A stretch of DNA of 37,437 nucleotides from Candidatus Krumholzibacteriia bacterium (GTDB taxonomy: Bacteria > Krumholzibacteriota > Krumholzibacteriia > WVZY01): NCBI GenBank assembly GCA_046754105.1, contig JBHHVD010000025.1:1-37437 (forward strand), written 5' to 3'. The stretch's first letter is position 1; every line of letters starts with the position of its first letter. Positions 17,716 through 27,062 of the stretch are shown here, piece after piece. Under the pieces are notes generated by a model that worked only from the letters and a program-made list of their open reading frames with translations, searched no databases and was not told where the DNA came from. A program made the translations under genes and the position numbers.

Positions 17716-18639
17716 ATGAGGTTTTTTAAGAATCCGCGGATCAACTTTGTCGGCGCGCGCCGCAATGCGGCGATTCTCTCCCTGGTCCTTATCGGCGCGG
17801 GTCTCGGATCGGTTGCGGTTCACCGCGGCTTCAACACCAGCATCGATTTCGCCGGCGGCACCCTGGTCGAGATTCACTTCGATCCGCCCGTCGAGCTGAC
17901 GGAGGTTCGCCGGGTGCTGGCCGATGCGGGGTACGAGGGTGCCGAGGTGACGCACTTCGGTAGCGAAGAGGAAGTTCTCATCAAGATAAAGAACATTGGG
18001 GACGCCTCGGAGGCCTCGGACGCGATCGGAGCCGCCCTCGAGGAGAGTTTTGTCAATCAGGACGCGGCGCGTGACAGTATCGACATGCGGCGCGTCGAGT
18101 CGGTGGGGCCGAAGATCGGCGCGGAGCTGAAGACCGCGTCTTTCTGGGCCATCATCTACTCGCTCGCCGGGATCGTCGTTTATATTTCATGGCGCTTCGA
18201 GTTCCGCTTTGCCATCGCCGCCATCGTTGCTCTGGTTCACGATGTCCTCTTCACGCTGGGATTCTTCTCGGTGACGAACCGTGAGCTATCGATCCCCGTC
18301 ATTGCGGCCATCCTGACCATTGTCGGTTATTCCTTGAACGACACCATCGTCGTGTTCGACCGTATCCGCGAGGACCTTCGCTCCCGCAAACGAGAAGGCT
18401 ACTCGGTGGTGGTCAACGCATCGATCAACGAGACCCTGTCGCGGACCATAATTACGTCGCTGACGACGCTCGTCGTCGTCATATGCCTGGCCGTTCTGGG
18501 CGGGCCCGTCATCCGCGACTTCGCGCTGACGCTCATGGTCGGTGTGCTGGTCGGCACCTATTCCTCCATTTTCATCGCCAGTCCGGTCCTGGTCGAGTGG
18601 GAGAACTGGCGGGTCCGAAGCAGAAAGCGCAAGAAGTAA
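17716..18639 (+). CDS. secF: Protein translocase subunit SecF
   Basis: IDFAGGT, ESVGPKIGAEL, ALVHDV, VGYSLNDTIVVFDRIRE, SRTIITS, GTYSSIFIA. Confidence 0.98.
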   Translation: MRFFKNPRINFVGARRNAAILSLVLIGAGLGSVAVHRGFNTSIDFAGGTLVEIHFDPPVELTEVRRVLADAGYEGAEVTHFGSEEEVLIKIKNIGDASEASDAIGAALEESFVNQDAARDSIDMRRVESVGPKIGAELKTASFWAIIYSLAGIVVYISWRFEFRFAIAAIVALVHDVLFTLGFFSVTNRELSIPVIAAILTIVGYSLNDTIVVFDRIREDLRSRKREGYSVVVNASINETLSRTIITSLTTLVVVICLAVLGGPVIRDFALTLMVGVLVGTYSSIFIASPVLVEWENWRVRSRKRKK

Positions 18640-18651
18640 ACGGTTTTTTCC

Positions 18652-19167
18652 GTGGAGACCGTCCTCTACAAGTTCCTCTTCGTTCTCCTCTACATATTCC
18701 TGACACTGGTCCTGCTATCGACCACCGTCGGTTTTCCCGGCAACTGGATCCTCGTCGGCGCCGCTCTCATTGTCGCCCTGGTGAGCAAGTTCACGGCCAT
18801 GACGTGGGGCTACCTCCTGCTCTGCCTCGGGCTCGCCGTCGCCGGTGAGATCATCGAATCGGTGCTCGGGGCGGTGATCGTCGCGCGTCGCGGCGGCAGC
18901 CGGTGGGGGGTCATCGGCAGCATCGCCGGCGGGCTGGCCGGCGTCATCCTCGGTGCCGCCGTGGTGCCACCCCTGGGGAGCGTCATCTTTGGTTTCGTCG
19001 GCGCATTCGCCGGCGCCGTGGCGGGCGAGCTGGCCAGGGACCGCCGCGTGGAGCCGGCCCTGCGGATCGGCTTCTGGTCGTTCGTGGGCAAGGCCGCAGC
19101 GGTAGCGACGAAACTCGCGCTGGGCTGCGCGATCCTGTGGATCATTATCACGCGTACCTGGCCGTGA
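18652..19167 (+). CDS. DUF456 family membrane protein
   Basis: Hydrophobic Gly-rich helices, PG.W, GGSRWGVIGSIAGG, G.FVGAFAGAVAGE. Confidence 0.8.
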   Translation: METVLYKFLFVLLYIFLTLVLLSTTVGFPGNWILVGAALIVALVSKFTAMTWGYLLLCLGLAVAGEIIESVLGAVIVARRGGSRWGVIGSIAGGLAGVILGAAVVPPLGSVIFGFVGAFAGAVAGELARDRRVEPALRIGFWSFVGKAAAVATKLALGCAILWIIITRTWP

Positions 19168-19191
19168 GACGGGACCGTTCGCGTGCTGGGT

Positions 19192-19296
19192 TGACCTTGT
19201 TTGGAGACAATGCGTCCCCACGCGAGGACACCCGCGGCGGGTTCATGGTGTCTAACTCCTTGGTTTTCAATGAAAACTCCCTGGCATGGACATTGC
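19192..19296 (+). promoter_or_regulatory. Sigma54 (-24/-12) promoter with IHF-like site and tandem enhancer-like sites
   Basis: TGGCATGGACATTGC (19282-19296, GG-N10-GC); TAACTCCTTGGTT (19253-19265, one mismatch to YAANNNNTTGATW); TGACC-N8-AGACA (19192-19209) and CGTCC-N8-GGACA (19213-19230). Confidence 0.72.
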
Positions 19297-19329
19297 GGTC
19301 TAAGGCTGGTTTGCCACGCGGTGTCACCT

Positions 19330-19875
19330 ATGCGCAACGGACTCTACACAGCAATCGCAGCACTCACCCTCTTCGGCTGGTCCTTTGTCGTTGTGGCACA
19401 GGCACTTGAGCCGGCCGCCCAGGCCAAGACCAAGAAAGGTAAGACCGGGAAAACGGTCAAGAGTGCAGAAGAAACCCCGGCGATTCCCAAATCGGTGTCC
19501 AAAAAGGCAGACGAATTGGGGCCGCTTGCCGTCTTCGCCGATATCGAGCAGGGGTGGAGAAAAGAAGACGTCCGGAAGATCCTCCGCCACTACGGCAAGA
19601 GCAAGGTGGGAATCTCCATCGAGGGGACGGGCCCGGTCGGCGGCGCCTTTAGCAAGAACCAGAGCCACTACCTGCTCAAGGACCTCTTCAAGTATACGAT
19701 CACGCGGAAATTCGAATTCGTCCAGTACCGCAACGGCCGCAACAGGGTCTACGCGGTGGCCGAGCGTTCGTACAAGAAAAACGATGACGGCAGGACGTTC
19801 AAGGACAAGATATACGTTTCACTACACCTGGAAGGAAGTCGCTGGGTGATCAGTGAAATCAAATCCATCCGCTAA
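19330..19875 (+). CDS. Exported DUF4783-like protein
   Basis: Signal peptide MRNGLYTAIAALTLFGWSFVVVAQA, Lys-rich linker, FSKNQSHYLLKDLF and YVSLHLEGSRWVISEIK; ATG 19330 lies downstream of the sigma54 promoter. Confidence 0.72.
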   Translation: MRNGLYTAIAALTLFGWSFVVVAQALEPAAQAKTKKGKTGKTVKSAEETPAIPKSVSKKADELGPLAVFADIEQGWRKEDVRKILRHYGKSKVGISIEGTGPVGGAFSKNQSHYLLKDLFKYTITRKFEFVQYRNGRNRVYAVAERSYKKNDDGRTFKDKIYVSLHLEGSRWVISEIKSIR

Positions 19876-19913
19876 CTGGACCCCCGCGCGGCCGACACTC
19901 CCAACCCCGTTTT

Positions 19914-19922
19914 TGGTATCAT
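19914..19922 (+). promoter_or_regulatory. Possible extended -10 promoter for the kinase
   Basis: TG-g-TATCAT ~35 bp upstream of ATG 19958; no good -35 box. Confidence 0.3.
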
Positions 19923-19957
19923 GTTCTGAAGCCCGTGGGTAACCGGCGCTACGAAAC

Positions 19958-22900
19958 ATGAGACACCGTTTCCCGCAAGCTGCAACGATCGTCCTCGCCG
20001 CGTCAGGCGGCTGGCTCGTGCTGTTCCTGCAACAGTTCGGCCGTTTCGCCTGGCTGGGGCCGTTGACGCCGTGGGTGCCGCTGGCACTGGTGCTTGCCAC
20101 CGTGATCCTCGCCGGGCGGCTGCGCCTCGCGGCGCCCGTCCGGTACACGGTCATGGCGGTCGCCGCGCTGCTCGTCGTCGCGGCGTTTTCCCTCTTTCGT
20201 GCGGGGCGGGATCCCGCCGCCCTCGAGCACACCTGGCGCGCGGGTGAGACCGATCGAATTACCGCCGTGCTGTCCGCCGTCGGCGAACGAGTGCAGAGCC
20301 TCCAGGCGCTCTCAGCCTCGATCGGCGAGCGGACCTCCGCATTCCTGCTCGACGACACCGGGACGCCCCAAGACTCCCTGAGCACCCGGCTGGCGACCTT
20401 TCGACTCCTCGGCGAGGAGGCGGCCCGCATCGCCCGCGCCCGCACGCTGCCGCCCGGTACGCAAATCGGGATCCAGTTGTTCGACGCCGGCGGCGCGCGG
20501 CTGGCATGGGCCGGTTGGCCGCAGCAGATCGACAGCCAGGACCGGCATTTCATGGCCAGCGGCAGGGAACTGCTCTATTCGCGGCAGGTCTCGCTGTACC
20601 GGATCCTTACCCACGTCATTCCCGTCTATGATTCGGCGCATCACAAGCGGGCGACGGTTCTCGTAGATATGCCGCTCGAGGTGAACTTCAAGGTCAACAA
20701 CAAGTTCCTCAAGAGCACCAGCCTCGCCGACAACCTCTCCGGCGATATCGCGGCCAACGTGCGTTTCGAGTATTACCCCACGCCGGCGCACCTTCCCGAG
20801 ACCTCCGGGCCGGACCGCGCCGATGGCGGCCAAGGGGGAACGGGCAAGAGTGGGCGCGGGGCCGCGGCGGTTCACGACGCCGGCGCAGGTGGTGAACCCC
20901 GAAACAAGGCGGTCCGGGACGCTGCAGGCGGGGGCGAGCTGGGCGCCGACCGTAGAGGGCGTCGGCGGCCCTTTCCGGAGTTCATGGAACTGGTCGGTGA
21001 GATCGATGGCGACAAGGCATTTGGTTTGAGCGGCCGGGTGCTGGTTCGCAGCGCCATGGGCAACCCCCTGTTCAACATCACCGTTATCGGCCGGCCGTTC
21101 CGGTTTTTTGCCGAGGCGCAGAAGAACCGCTACCGGCTCGTTTGTAACGTGGCGCTGTTGTTGGCACTTTTGGTCGGCTTCGTGTTTTCTCTCCTGCGCT
21201 TTCCGGCGCGACTGCGGGGGCCCGCCTGCGCGTGCAAGGCTCTCTATTTCGTAGGCTTCATGTCTTTCATGCGTTACTGGCTCCTGCTGCTGCACCCGGG
21301 CTTGCCCTCAACAAAGCTGAAGATTTTCGACCCGGCGATCTTCGCCACGCCGAGTCTCGGCGGCTTGATGCGCAGCGGCGGCGACCTTCTCATCACGGCG
21401 TTGTTTTTTGTGGTCGCGTTGTACGGCGTGCTCAAGATAACGCGCGACGCCGTGGAAATCAGGGAAACCCGTCGCGTGAGTGCGGGAGGATTCATTATCA
21501 AAGGTCTCTTTACGGTGGCCGTTCTGCTGGGTGCGTACGAACTGGTCACGCACTTCGTGGCCAGTGTCGTGGTCAACGCCAACCCGAGGCTCGTGGGCGA
21601 GACCATGCGCCTCTTCGACACGCACGCCCCCCTGCTTCATTTGAGCGTGTTTTTGATGATCTCGGGCATTTTCCTCAGCGGCACGATCGCGGTATGGGGC
21701 ATTTACCGGTTGCTAGCGCGTGGTGATTCCGCGAGATCGTTCCTGTTTACCGCCGGTGTGATCCTGATCATCGCGATTTTCACTTCGCGTTGGGAGTTTG
21801 CCTTCATATCGCTTTTGCTGCTGTTGTTCATCATGTTTGCGCCCAGGATCGTGCAGCGCGAAGATCTGGTGTCGACCGTGATCGTCGCGTTTGGATTTGT
21901 GATCATCGTGGCTACCGCGTCCTATGTGTTTCTGCACGAGGAGTATCAGGGGCTGAGACGGACGTTCGTACAGGAGAAAGTCGCGGAATTGACACACCCT
22001 TCCGACAACTGGAAGGTGTTCATTCTGGAGGACGTGCTGGAGAGTTTTTCGCAAGACAACAACGTCCGGCAGTCCTTCTCCAACCCGTCCGCGGCGAACT
22101 ATCAGCGCCTCGCCTTCGACCTGTGGGCCGGCAGCTCCCTGTCGCTGCTCGGCTACAGCTGCTCGATCTACGTGTTCGACGAAGCGGACAGCGTGGTGAG
22201 CCGTTTCTCGGTCGAGATGCCGTACCGCGTCCACGTCGGGGAAGAAACGGAACGCATCGAGACGCCGTCGCTCGAGGAATGGGCCGTGCTCGACCTGACG
22301 ACCGATACGCCGCAGGGAAGCGTGCGCTTTTACCGGGGCATCGTGAACATCGGTGACTACGTACCCGCCCCCACCGGCGGCCTCGTGCGATCGTCCACCG
22401 GCAAGGTGGTCGTGGATATCCCGTTTTTCTTCGAGAACCTCGCGTGGGCGGCGAAGACCGGCCCCCAAACACCGGAAGTCTTGAGGAACGTCCAGGAGGG
22501 CGGGGTGGAACCTCGGCTCGAGGAGCCCGAGGCGCTGCTGCTGGCCCGCGTTCAGGGCAACCGCGTACTCGAGTCGTCGTCCGACGTGCTGCCCGTCGGG
22601 TTCGTCTTCGCATTCGAAGAGCTCGACAAGGCGCTCAACCTCGAATGGCCGCTGGTCAAGACACGGGGGCCGACGTATCGCTACCTCGCCCGGGAGACCG
22701 GCGACGGCGCCTACCTGCTCGCCGGTTTTCCGGCGCCGTTGCCGTTGCAGCACGTGCTGAGGTGGTCGACGATTCTATCGCTTTATTTCTTCTTCACCGT
22801 GGCCGTCATCGTGTGGATCATTCTCTTGAAAAGCCTGCCGTTCCTGCGCGAGCTGCTGCCCACGCTCACACCCGGCCGGCAATTGGGTTTCCAGCAAAAG

Positions 22901-25108
22901 CTGCTCGGGTCGTTCCTGATCATCGCGCTGCTGCCCGCCGTCATTCTCGGCGTCTTCTCCGTGCGCATGATCAAGGACCGCTTCGTACAGGAGAACAGGA
23001 AAGAGGCGATGTACAAGTCGTTCGGCGCGTCCAAGTCGCTCGGCAATCTGGTGACGGGGGGACTCGAGAACCTCTTCGACCTTGCGAACCTCGGGGAGTT
23101 GATCGCGGGACGAACCGGAGGATACTTTGCGGACGATCCCACGCAGGTAATCCGCGTCTTCGACGAGGACGGAATTGCCGTGGGGGCGGGTGTGCCGCGG
23201 GACGGGTCATCCGGCAGCGGTGGTGGCGAATCGGGGGCGGGTGCCGATCGGGCAAGTGGCGACGGTGCTGAATTGGAAACGGCGTCCGGGTCCGGCGGCG
23301 GGGGTACCGGGTTGGGTAGTGGCTCTGGTGGTGCCGGGGCGTTCGATTTCGAAAGCGCCTGGCAGAGGTTCGGGCCCGAGCAGGTGTTCTTCAGCCGCAT
23401 CGGAGGCCGGCCCTACCTGGGCGTACTGAGCCGTCCGATCATGGTCGCGACCGGCGACCAGGCGCGTTCGTACACCGTGTATTACGGGCGACTCCTCAAC
23501 GAGGATCTGCTCGGCGCCATCGCCGACCAGGTGGGCGCCGACGTAAATCTCTACGACGGCGGCGAGCTCATCGCATCCAGCCGCGAGGGACTGCTGTCCG
23601 GAGGATTCATCAGCTCGATGATGAACGCGGACGCCTACGTCACCGTCTCGCTGATGGACGTCGACCAGTCGCTGGTGACGGAGACCGCGGGCCGCTACCG
23701 TTACGAGGTCGCCTACCTCCCGATCCAGAGTGTTCGCGAAGACGAGAGCGCGGCCCTCGGCCTGCCGCTGCTCTTCCGTCCCGAGTCGTACCACGTCGAG
23801 GTGCAAAAAGCGACGTCGGTCGTGCTCGGCATCTTCGCCCTGCTCTCGGCGGCGACGATCGGGCTGGGGCTCCTGCTCGCCCGCGGTATCTTCGAGCCGC
23901 TGAGGGGGCTCCTGGAAGGGACCCGGCGCGTCATTCGCGGCGACCTGGCGTTCAAGCTTCCGTCCAAGGGACGCGATGAAATAGGGACCGTCGTGGAGGC
24001 GTTCAACGAAATGACCGACCAGCTGTCGCACTCGCGCGCGGCCCTCGACGAGCGGCGGCGCTACCTGGAGATCATTCTCGCCAGTATCGGTACCGGCGTC
24101 GTCAGTACCGACGCGGGCGACCGCATCCGCGCCGTCAACAATGCCGCCGAACGTATCCTGGGTATCCGGGGCGCGGACGTGCTGGACCGGTCGGGAAACG
24201 AGCTGGTCGAGGGGGGTATCGCGCCGCGGTTTTTCTCGCTGCTCGCCGGCGACCCGTCCAGGAGGGAACCGTTCGTGTCCTCCGAGATCGACATCACCAT
24301 GGACGGCCAACGCCGCACCATCAAGTACATGCAGACGAGACTCGATACCGGCGGGCGTTACATGGGCACCGTGTACGTGTTCGAGGACCTGACCGAGTTG
24401 ATTAACACCAAGAAACTCTCCGCGTGGGTGGAAATGTCGCGCCAGATCGCGCACGAGATAAAAAACCCGCTCACCCCCATAAAACTCTCCGCGCAGTTCA
24501 TGGTCAGGGCACACGACGAGAAGTCCGGCGATTTCGACAAGATCTTCAAGGAAGGTTCCGAGACCATCATCCACCAGGTAGAGGTGCTGCGCCGTATCGC
24601 CGCCGAGTTTTCCAGTTTCGGCCGCCTGCAGCAGCTCGACATGGGCACGCACGACGTAGCCCGCTATATCAAGGGGCTGGTGGCGCCGTACCGCCGCAAC
24701 GCCAACGACGTCAATATTACGCTCGATATCCCGGACGATGCGGTGATGGCCGCCGTCGATCCCGAAGCGCTGCGCAAGATCTGCACGAACCTGATCGAGA
24801 ACGCGATGGAGGCCATGCCCGACGGTGGAGAGCTGCGTATCACGTGCGGGAACGGGGCGCCGCGGGAGGCAGACGCGCGAGGCGGTGACGGGCGGATATG
24901 CATCTCGTTTCGCGATACCGGTCCGGGTCTGAGCGAAGAGGTCCAGCAGAAACTCTTCGAGCCGTACTTCTCGACCAAGACCACGGGCACGGGGCTGGGG
25001 CTCGCCATTTGCCGGGGACTATCCCGCGAGATGGGCGGGGACGTGGTTGTAACTAACCTCGAGAACGGTCACGGCGTAGAGGCAAAGGTGTTCCTGCAGC
25101 CGGCATGA
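19958..25108 (+). CDS. Very large multi-TM NtrY-type sensor histidine kinase (HAMP-PAS-HisKA-HATPase_c)
   Basis: HAMP (PL..L..GT..V..GDL...DEIG.VVEAFN.M), PAS (ILASIGTGVVSTD..VNNAAERILG), H-box WVEMSRQIAHEIKNPLTPIKLS, NLIENA, DTGPG, LFEPYFSTK, GTGLGL. Confidence 0.92.
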   Translation: MRHRFPQAATIVLAASGGWLVLFLQQFGRFAWLGPLTPWVPLALVLATVILAGRLRLAAPVRYTVMAVAALLVVAAFSLFRAGRDPAALEHTWRAGETDRITAVLSAVGERVQSLQALSASIGERTSAFLLDDTGTPQDSLSTRLATFRLLGEEAARIARARTLPPGTQIGIQLFDAGGARLAWAGWPQQIDSQDRHFMASGRELLYSRQVSLYRILTHVIPVYDSAHHKRATVLVDMPLEVNFKVNNKFLKSTSLADNLSGDIAANVRFEYYPTPAHLPETSGPDRADGGQGGTGKSGRGAAAVHDAGAGGEPRNKAVRDAAGGGELGADRRGRRRPFPEFMELVGEIDGDKAFGLSGRVLVRSAMGNPLFNITVIGRPFRFFAEAQKNRYRLVCNVALLLALLVGFVFSLLRFPARLRGPACACKALYFVGFMSFMRYWLLLLHPGLPSTKLKIFDPAIFATPSLGGLMRSGGDLLITALFFVVALYGVLKITRDAVEIRETRRVSAGGFIIKGLFTVAVLLGAYELVTHFVASVVVNANPRLVGETMRLFDTHAPLLHLSVFLMISGIFLSGTIAVWGIYRLLARGDSARSFLFTAGVILIIAIFTSRWEFAFISLLLLLFIMFAPRIVQREDLVSTVIVAFGFVIIVATASYVFLHEEYQGLRRTFVQEKVAELTHPSDNWKVFILEDVLESFSQDNNVRQSFSNPSAANYQRLAFDLWAGSSLSLLGYSCSIYVFDEADSVVSRFSVEMPYRVHVGEETERIETPSLEEWAVLDLTTDTPQGSVRFYRGIVNIGDYVPAPTGGLVRSSTGKVVVDIPFFFENLAWAAKTGPQTPEVLRNVQEGGVEPRLEEPEALLLARVQGNRVLESSSDVLPVGFVFAFEELDKALNLEWPLVKTRGPTYRYLARETGDGAYLLAGFPAPLPLQHVLRWSTILSLYFFFTVAVIVWIILLKSLPFLRELLPTLTPGRQLGFQQKLLGSFLIIALLPAVILGVFSVRMIKDRFVQENRKEAMYKSFGASKSLGNLVTGGLENLFDLANLGELIAGRTGGYFADDPTQVIRVFDEDGIAVGAGVPRDGSSGSGGGESGAGADRASGDGAELETASGSGGGGTGLGSGSGGAGAFDFESAWQRFGPEQVFFSRIGGRPYLGVLSRPIMVATGDQARSYTVYYGRLLNEDLLGAIADQVGADVNLYDGGELIASSREGLLSGGFISSMMNADAYVTVSLMDVDQSLVTETAGRYRYEVAYLPIQSVREDESAALGLPLLFRPESYHVEVQKATSVVLGIFALLSAATIGLGLLLARGIFEPLRGLLEGTRRVIRGDLAFKLPSKGRDEIGTVVEAFNEMTDQLSHSRAALDERRRYLEIILASIGTGVVSTDAGDRIRAVNNAAERILGIRGADVLDRSGNELVEGGIAPRFFSLLAGDPSRREPFVSSEIDITMDGQRRTIKYMQTRLDTGGRYMGTVYVFEDLTELINTKKLSAWVEMSRQIAHEIKNPLTPIKLSAQFMVRAHDEKSGDFDKIFKEGSETIIHQVEVLRRIAAEFSSFGRLQQLDMGTHDVARYIKGLVAPYRRNANDVNITLDIPDDAVMAAVDPEALRKICTNLIENAMEAMPDGGELRITCGNGAPREADARGGDGRICISFRDTGPGLSEEVQQKLFEPYFSTKTTGTGLGLAICRGLSREMGGDVVVTNLENGHGVEAKVFLQPA

Positions 25109-25173
25109 CGTGGGGCCGGTATTCCTCTCCGTCGCCCGCGCAAACAAATGCCCGATAACGGTAGCCGAACTTC

Positions 25174-25194
25174 CAACGGGTTGACCTCCCGTTG
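25174..25194. terminator. Short hairpin between convergent kinase and cstA
   Basis: caacggg-ttgacct-cccgttg; no T tail, weak candidate. Confidence 0.3.
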
Positions 25195-25201
25195 TGACGG
25201 T

Positions 25202-26875
25202 CTAGCACACCTTGCCGCCGGCCGTCGTGACCGCGGGGCCGTCGTCGGGGAGCATGTCGTCCTCGACCACGCGCTCGCCGCGAAAGGCGCGCGTGGCTTC
25301 GAAGATCAGGGTGACGGCCAGCACGAAGAGAAAGGCGGCGATGGTGCGGATGACGAGAAAGTCATTGTCCTTGACGAGGAATGCGAGGGCGAGCAGGGTG
25401 ACGCAGAACATGAAGATCATGGGAATGATGACGAAGATCGTGCGCCGGCCCGTGCGCTTGAGCCACACGCCGGTGGTCAAGAGCGCCAGCGCGCCGAGCA
25501 GCTGGTTCGTGGCGCCGAACACGGGCCAGATCGCCCGCCACACGGGGATCACCTGGCCCTGCGCGTCCCGGTACTCGGTGAGTGCCAGCCACAACGGCAG
25601 CACCAGTGTGGCGATGGTGGCGAGAATGTGCCACTTCTTCCCCCAGATATTGAAGAACTCCTCGAAGATATAACGCGCCAGGCGGGTGCCGGTGTCCAGC
25701 GTGGTGAGCAGGAAGGTGCTGAGCGCCAGCAGGCCGAACGACGTTCCCAACGCGGCGGGTACGCCGAACGAGCCGAGAAACGTCCCCATGCCCGAGGCGA
25801 ACACCTGGGTGGGAGAACGACCGGCCAGCGCTCCGCCGGCAACCACGATGGCGGCGACCGAGATCAATGCGAGCATCCCCTCGACCAGCATGGAGCCGTA
25901 CGCCACCGGCCGCGCCGCGCGCTCGTCCGAGAGCTGTTTCGACGTCGTACCGGAGGCGACGATCGAGTGAAAACCCGAACACGCCCCACAGGCGATGGTG
26001 ATAAAGAGCGCGGGGAAGAGAAATCCGATATTGGTGTCAAAACCCTGCAGCGCCGGCGTGCTCAGTGTGTGGTGCCCGAGGACGATGCCGCCGACGCCGC
26101 CGACGATGCACGCGACGAGCAGGTAGGAGGAAAGATAGTCCCGCGGCTGCAGGAGGATCCATACCGGCACGATGGAGGCTACCATGCAGTATCCGAGAAG
26201 GATCACCGTCCACGTCGTCTTGGGGTCGCCGTGTGCGACGGCCGGCAGCGCGCCGAACGGTACCTGCTGGCCCAGGTAGATCGCCAAAAACACCAGGGGC
26301 ACGAAAACCATGCTCGCCCGCACCAGCGAGACCTTCCGCTTGTAGACGACCAGCCCCATGGCGACGGCGAGCACGATGTACATCAGCGACGAGCTGGCGA
26401 CTCCGCCGTCGGCGGTGAAGCTGCCGGCGGTGAGGTCGACGAAGGCGACCAGCACGTAGACCATGGCCAGCCAGATGAACGCGAGGTAGAGCTTGTGGGC
26501 CAGGGGGCTCATCATCTCTCTGGCCACCTGCGCGATCGAGCGCGCCTTGTGCCGGATCGAGACGACGAGCGCCGAGTAGTCGTGCACGCCACCGACGAAA
26601 ATGGAGCCGAGAACGATCCACAATACGGCGGGCAGCCAGCCGAAAAAGGCGACGGCGATGATCGGTCCCACGATGGGCCCGGCGCCCGCGATGGAGGAGA
26701 AATGATGCCCCATGAGCACGGGCGTTTTCGCCGGCATGTAGTCCGAGCCGTCGTACTGGGTATGCGCGGGCGTCTTGCGCTCGGGAGTGATGTGGAACAC
26801 CCGGTCGAGAAAACCGCCGTACACGCGGTAGGCGATTGCAAAAACAACGATGGCGGAAATCAAGAGCAGCAGCAT
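25202..26875 (-). CDS. cstA: Carbon starvation protein A family transporter (peptide/pyruvate)
   Basis: TPAH..DG.DY.P, GHHFSSIAGAGPIVGP, GGVHDY, WILLQPRDYL, LFITIACGACSGFHSIVASGTTSKQ, YGSMLVEG, TTLDTGTRL, WPVFGATNQLL; ATG at 26875 with aaagggg SD. Confidence 0.95.
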   Translation of the reverse strand: MLLLLISAIVVFAIAYRVYGGFLDRVFHITPERKTPAHTQYDGSDYMPAKTPVLMGHHFSSIAGAGPIVGPIIAVAFFGWLPAVLWIVLGSIFVGGVHDYSALVVSIRHKARSIAQVAREMMSPLAHKLYLAFIWLAMVYVLVAFVDLTAGSFTADGGVASSSLMYIVLAVAMGLVVYKRKVSLVRASMVFVPLVFLAIYLGQQVPFGALPAVAHGDPKTTWTVILLGYCMVASIVPVWILLQPRDYLSSYLLVACIVGGVGGIVLGHHTLSTPALQGFDTNIGFLFPALFITIACGACSGFHSIVASGTTSKQLSDERAARPVAYGSMLVEGMLALISVAAIVVAGGALAGRSPTQVFASGMGTFLGSFGVPAALGTSFGLLALSTFLLTTLDTGTRLARYIFEEFFNIWGKKWHILATIATLVLPLWLALTEYRDAQGQVIPVWRAIWPVFGATNQLLGALALLTTGVWLKRTGRRTIFVIIPMIFMFCVTLLALAFLVKDNDFLVIRTIAAFLFVLAVTLIFEATRAFRGERVVEDDMLPDDGPAVTTAGGKVC

Positions 26876-27018
26876 CGAAACCCCTTTACCGAAGGACGGT
26901 ACCGGCCACAAGCACCGGGCCGTAAAAAACATAAGGGACGCCGGCGGGCGGGACAAGGGTTTAGACGGGACCGCTCGTGCGGGCGACGCCGGCGCCGATG
27001 GGTCGCGCCAGACGGTAA

Positions 27019-27062
27019 TTGCTTTCAGGGACTGTATTTCCTATACTTGAGATAGGTCAAGT
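27019..27062. promoter_or_regulatory. Overlapping divergent sigma70-type promoters (cstA and DUF4159 operon) with operator-like palindromes
   Basis: Plus: TTGCTT (27019-27024), 17 bp, TATACT (27042-27047). Minus: TTGACC (27060-27055), 18 bp, TACAGT (27036-27031). Palindromes cctat-N7-atagg and acttga-N6-tcaagt. Confidence 0.55.

Noticed and set aside
25148..27055. 635-aa plus-strand ORF
   Set aside because: Antisense shadow of cstA with no recognisable motifs
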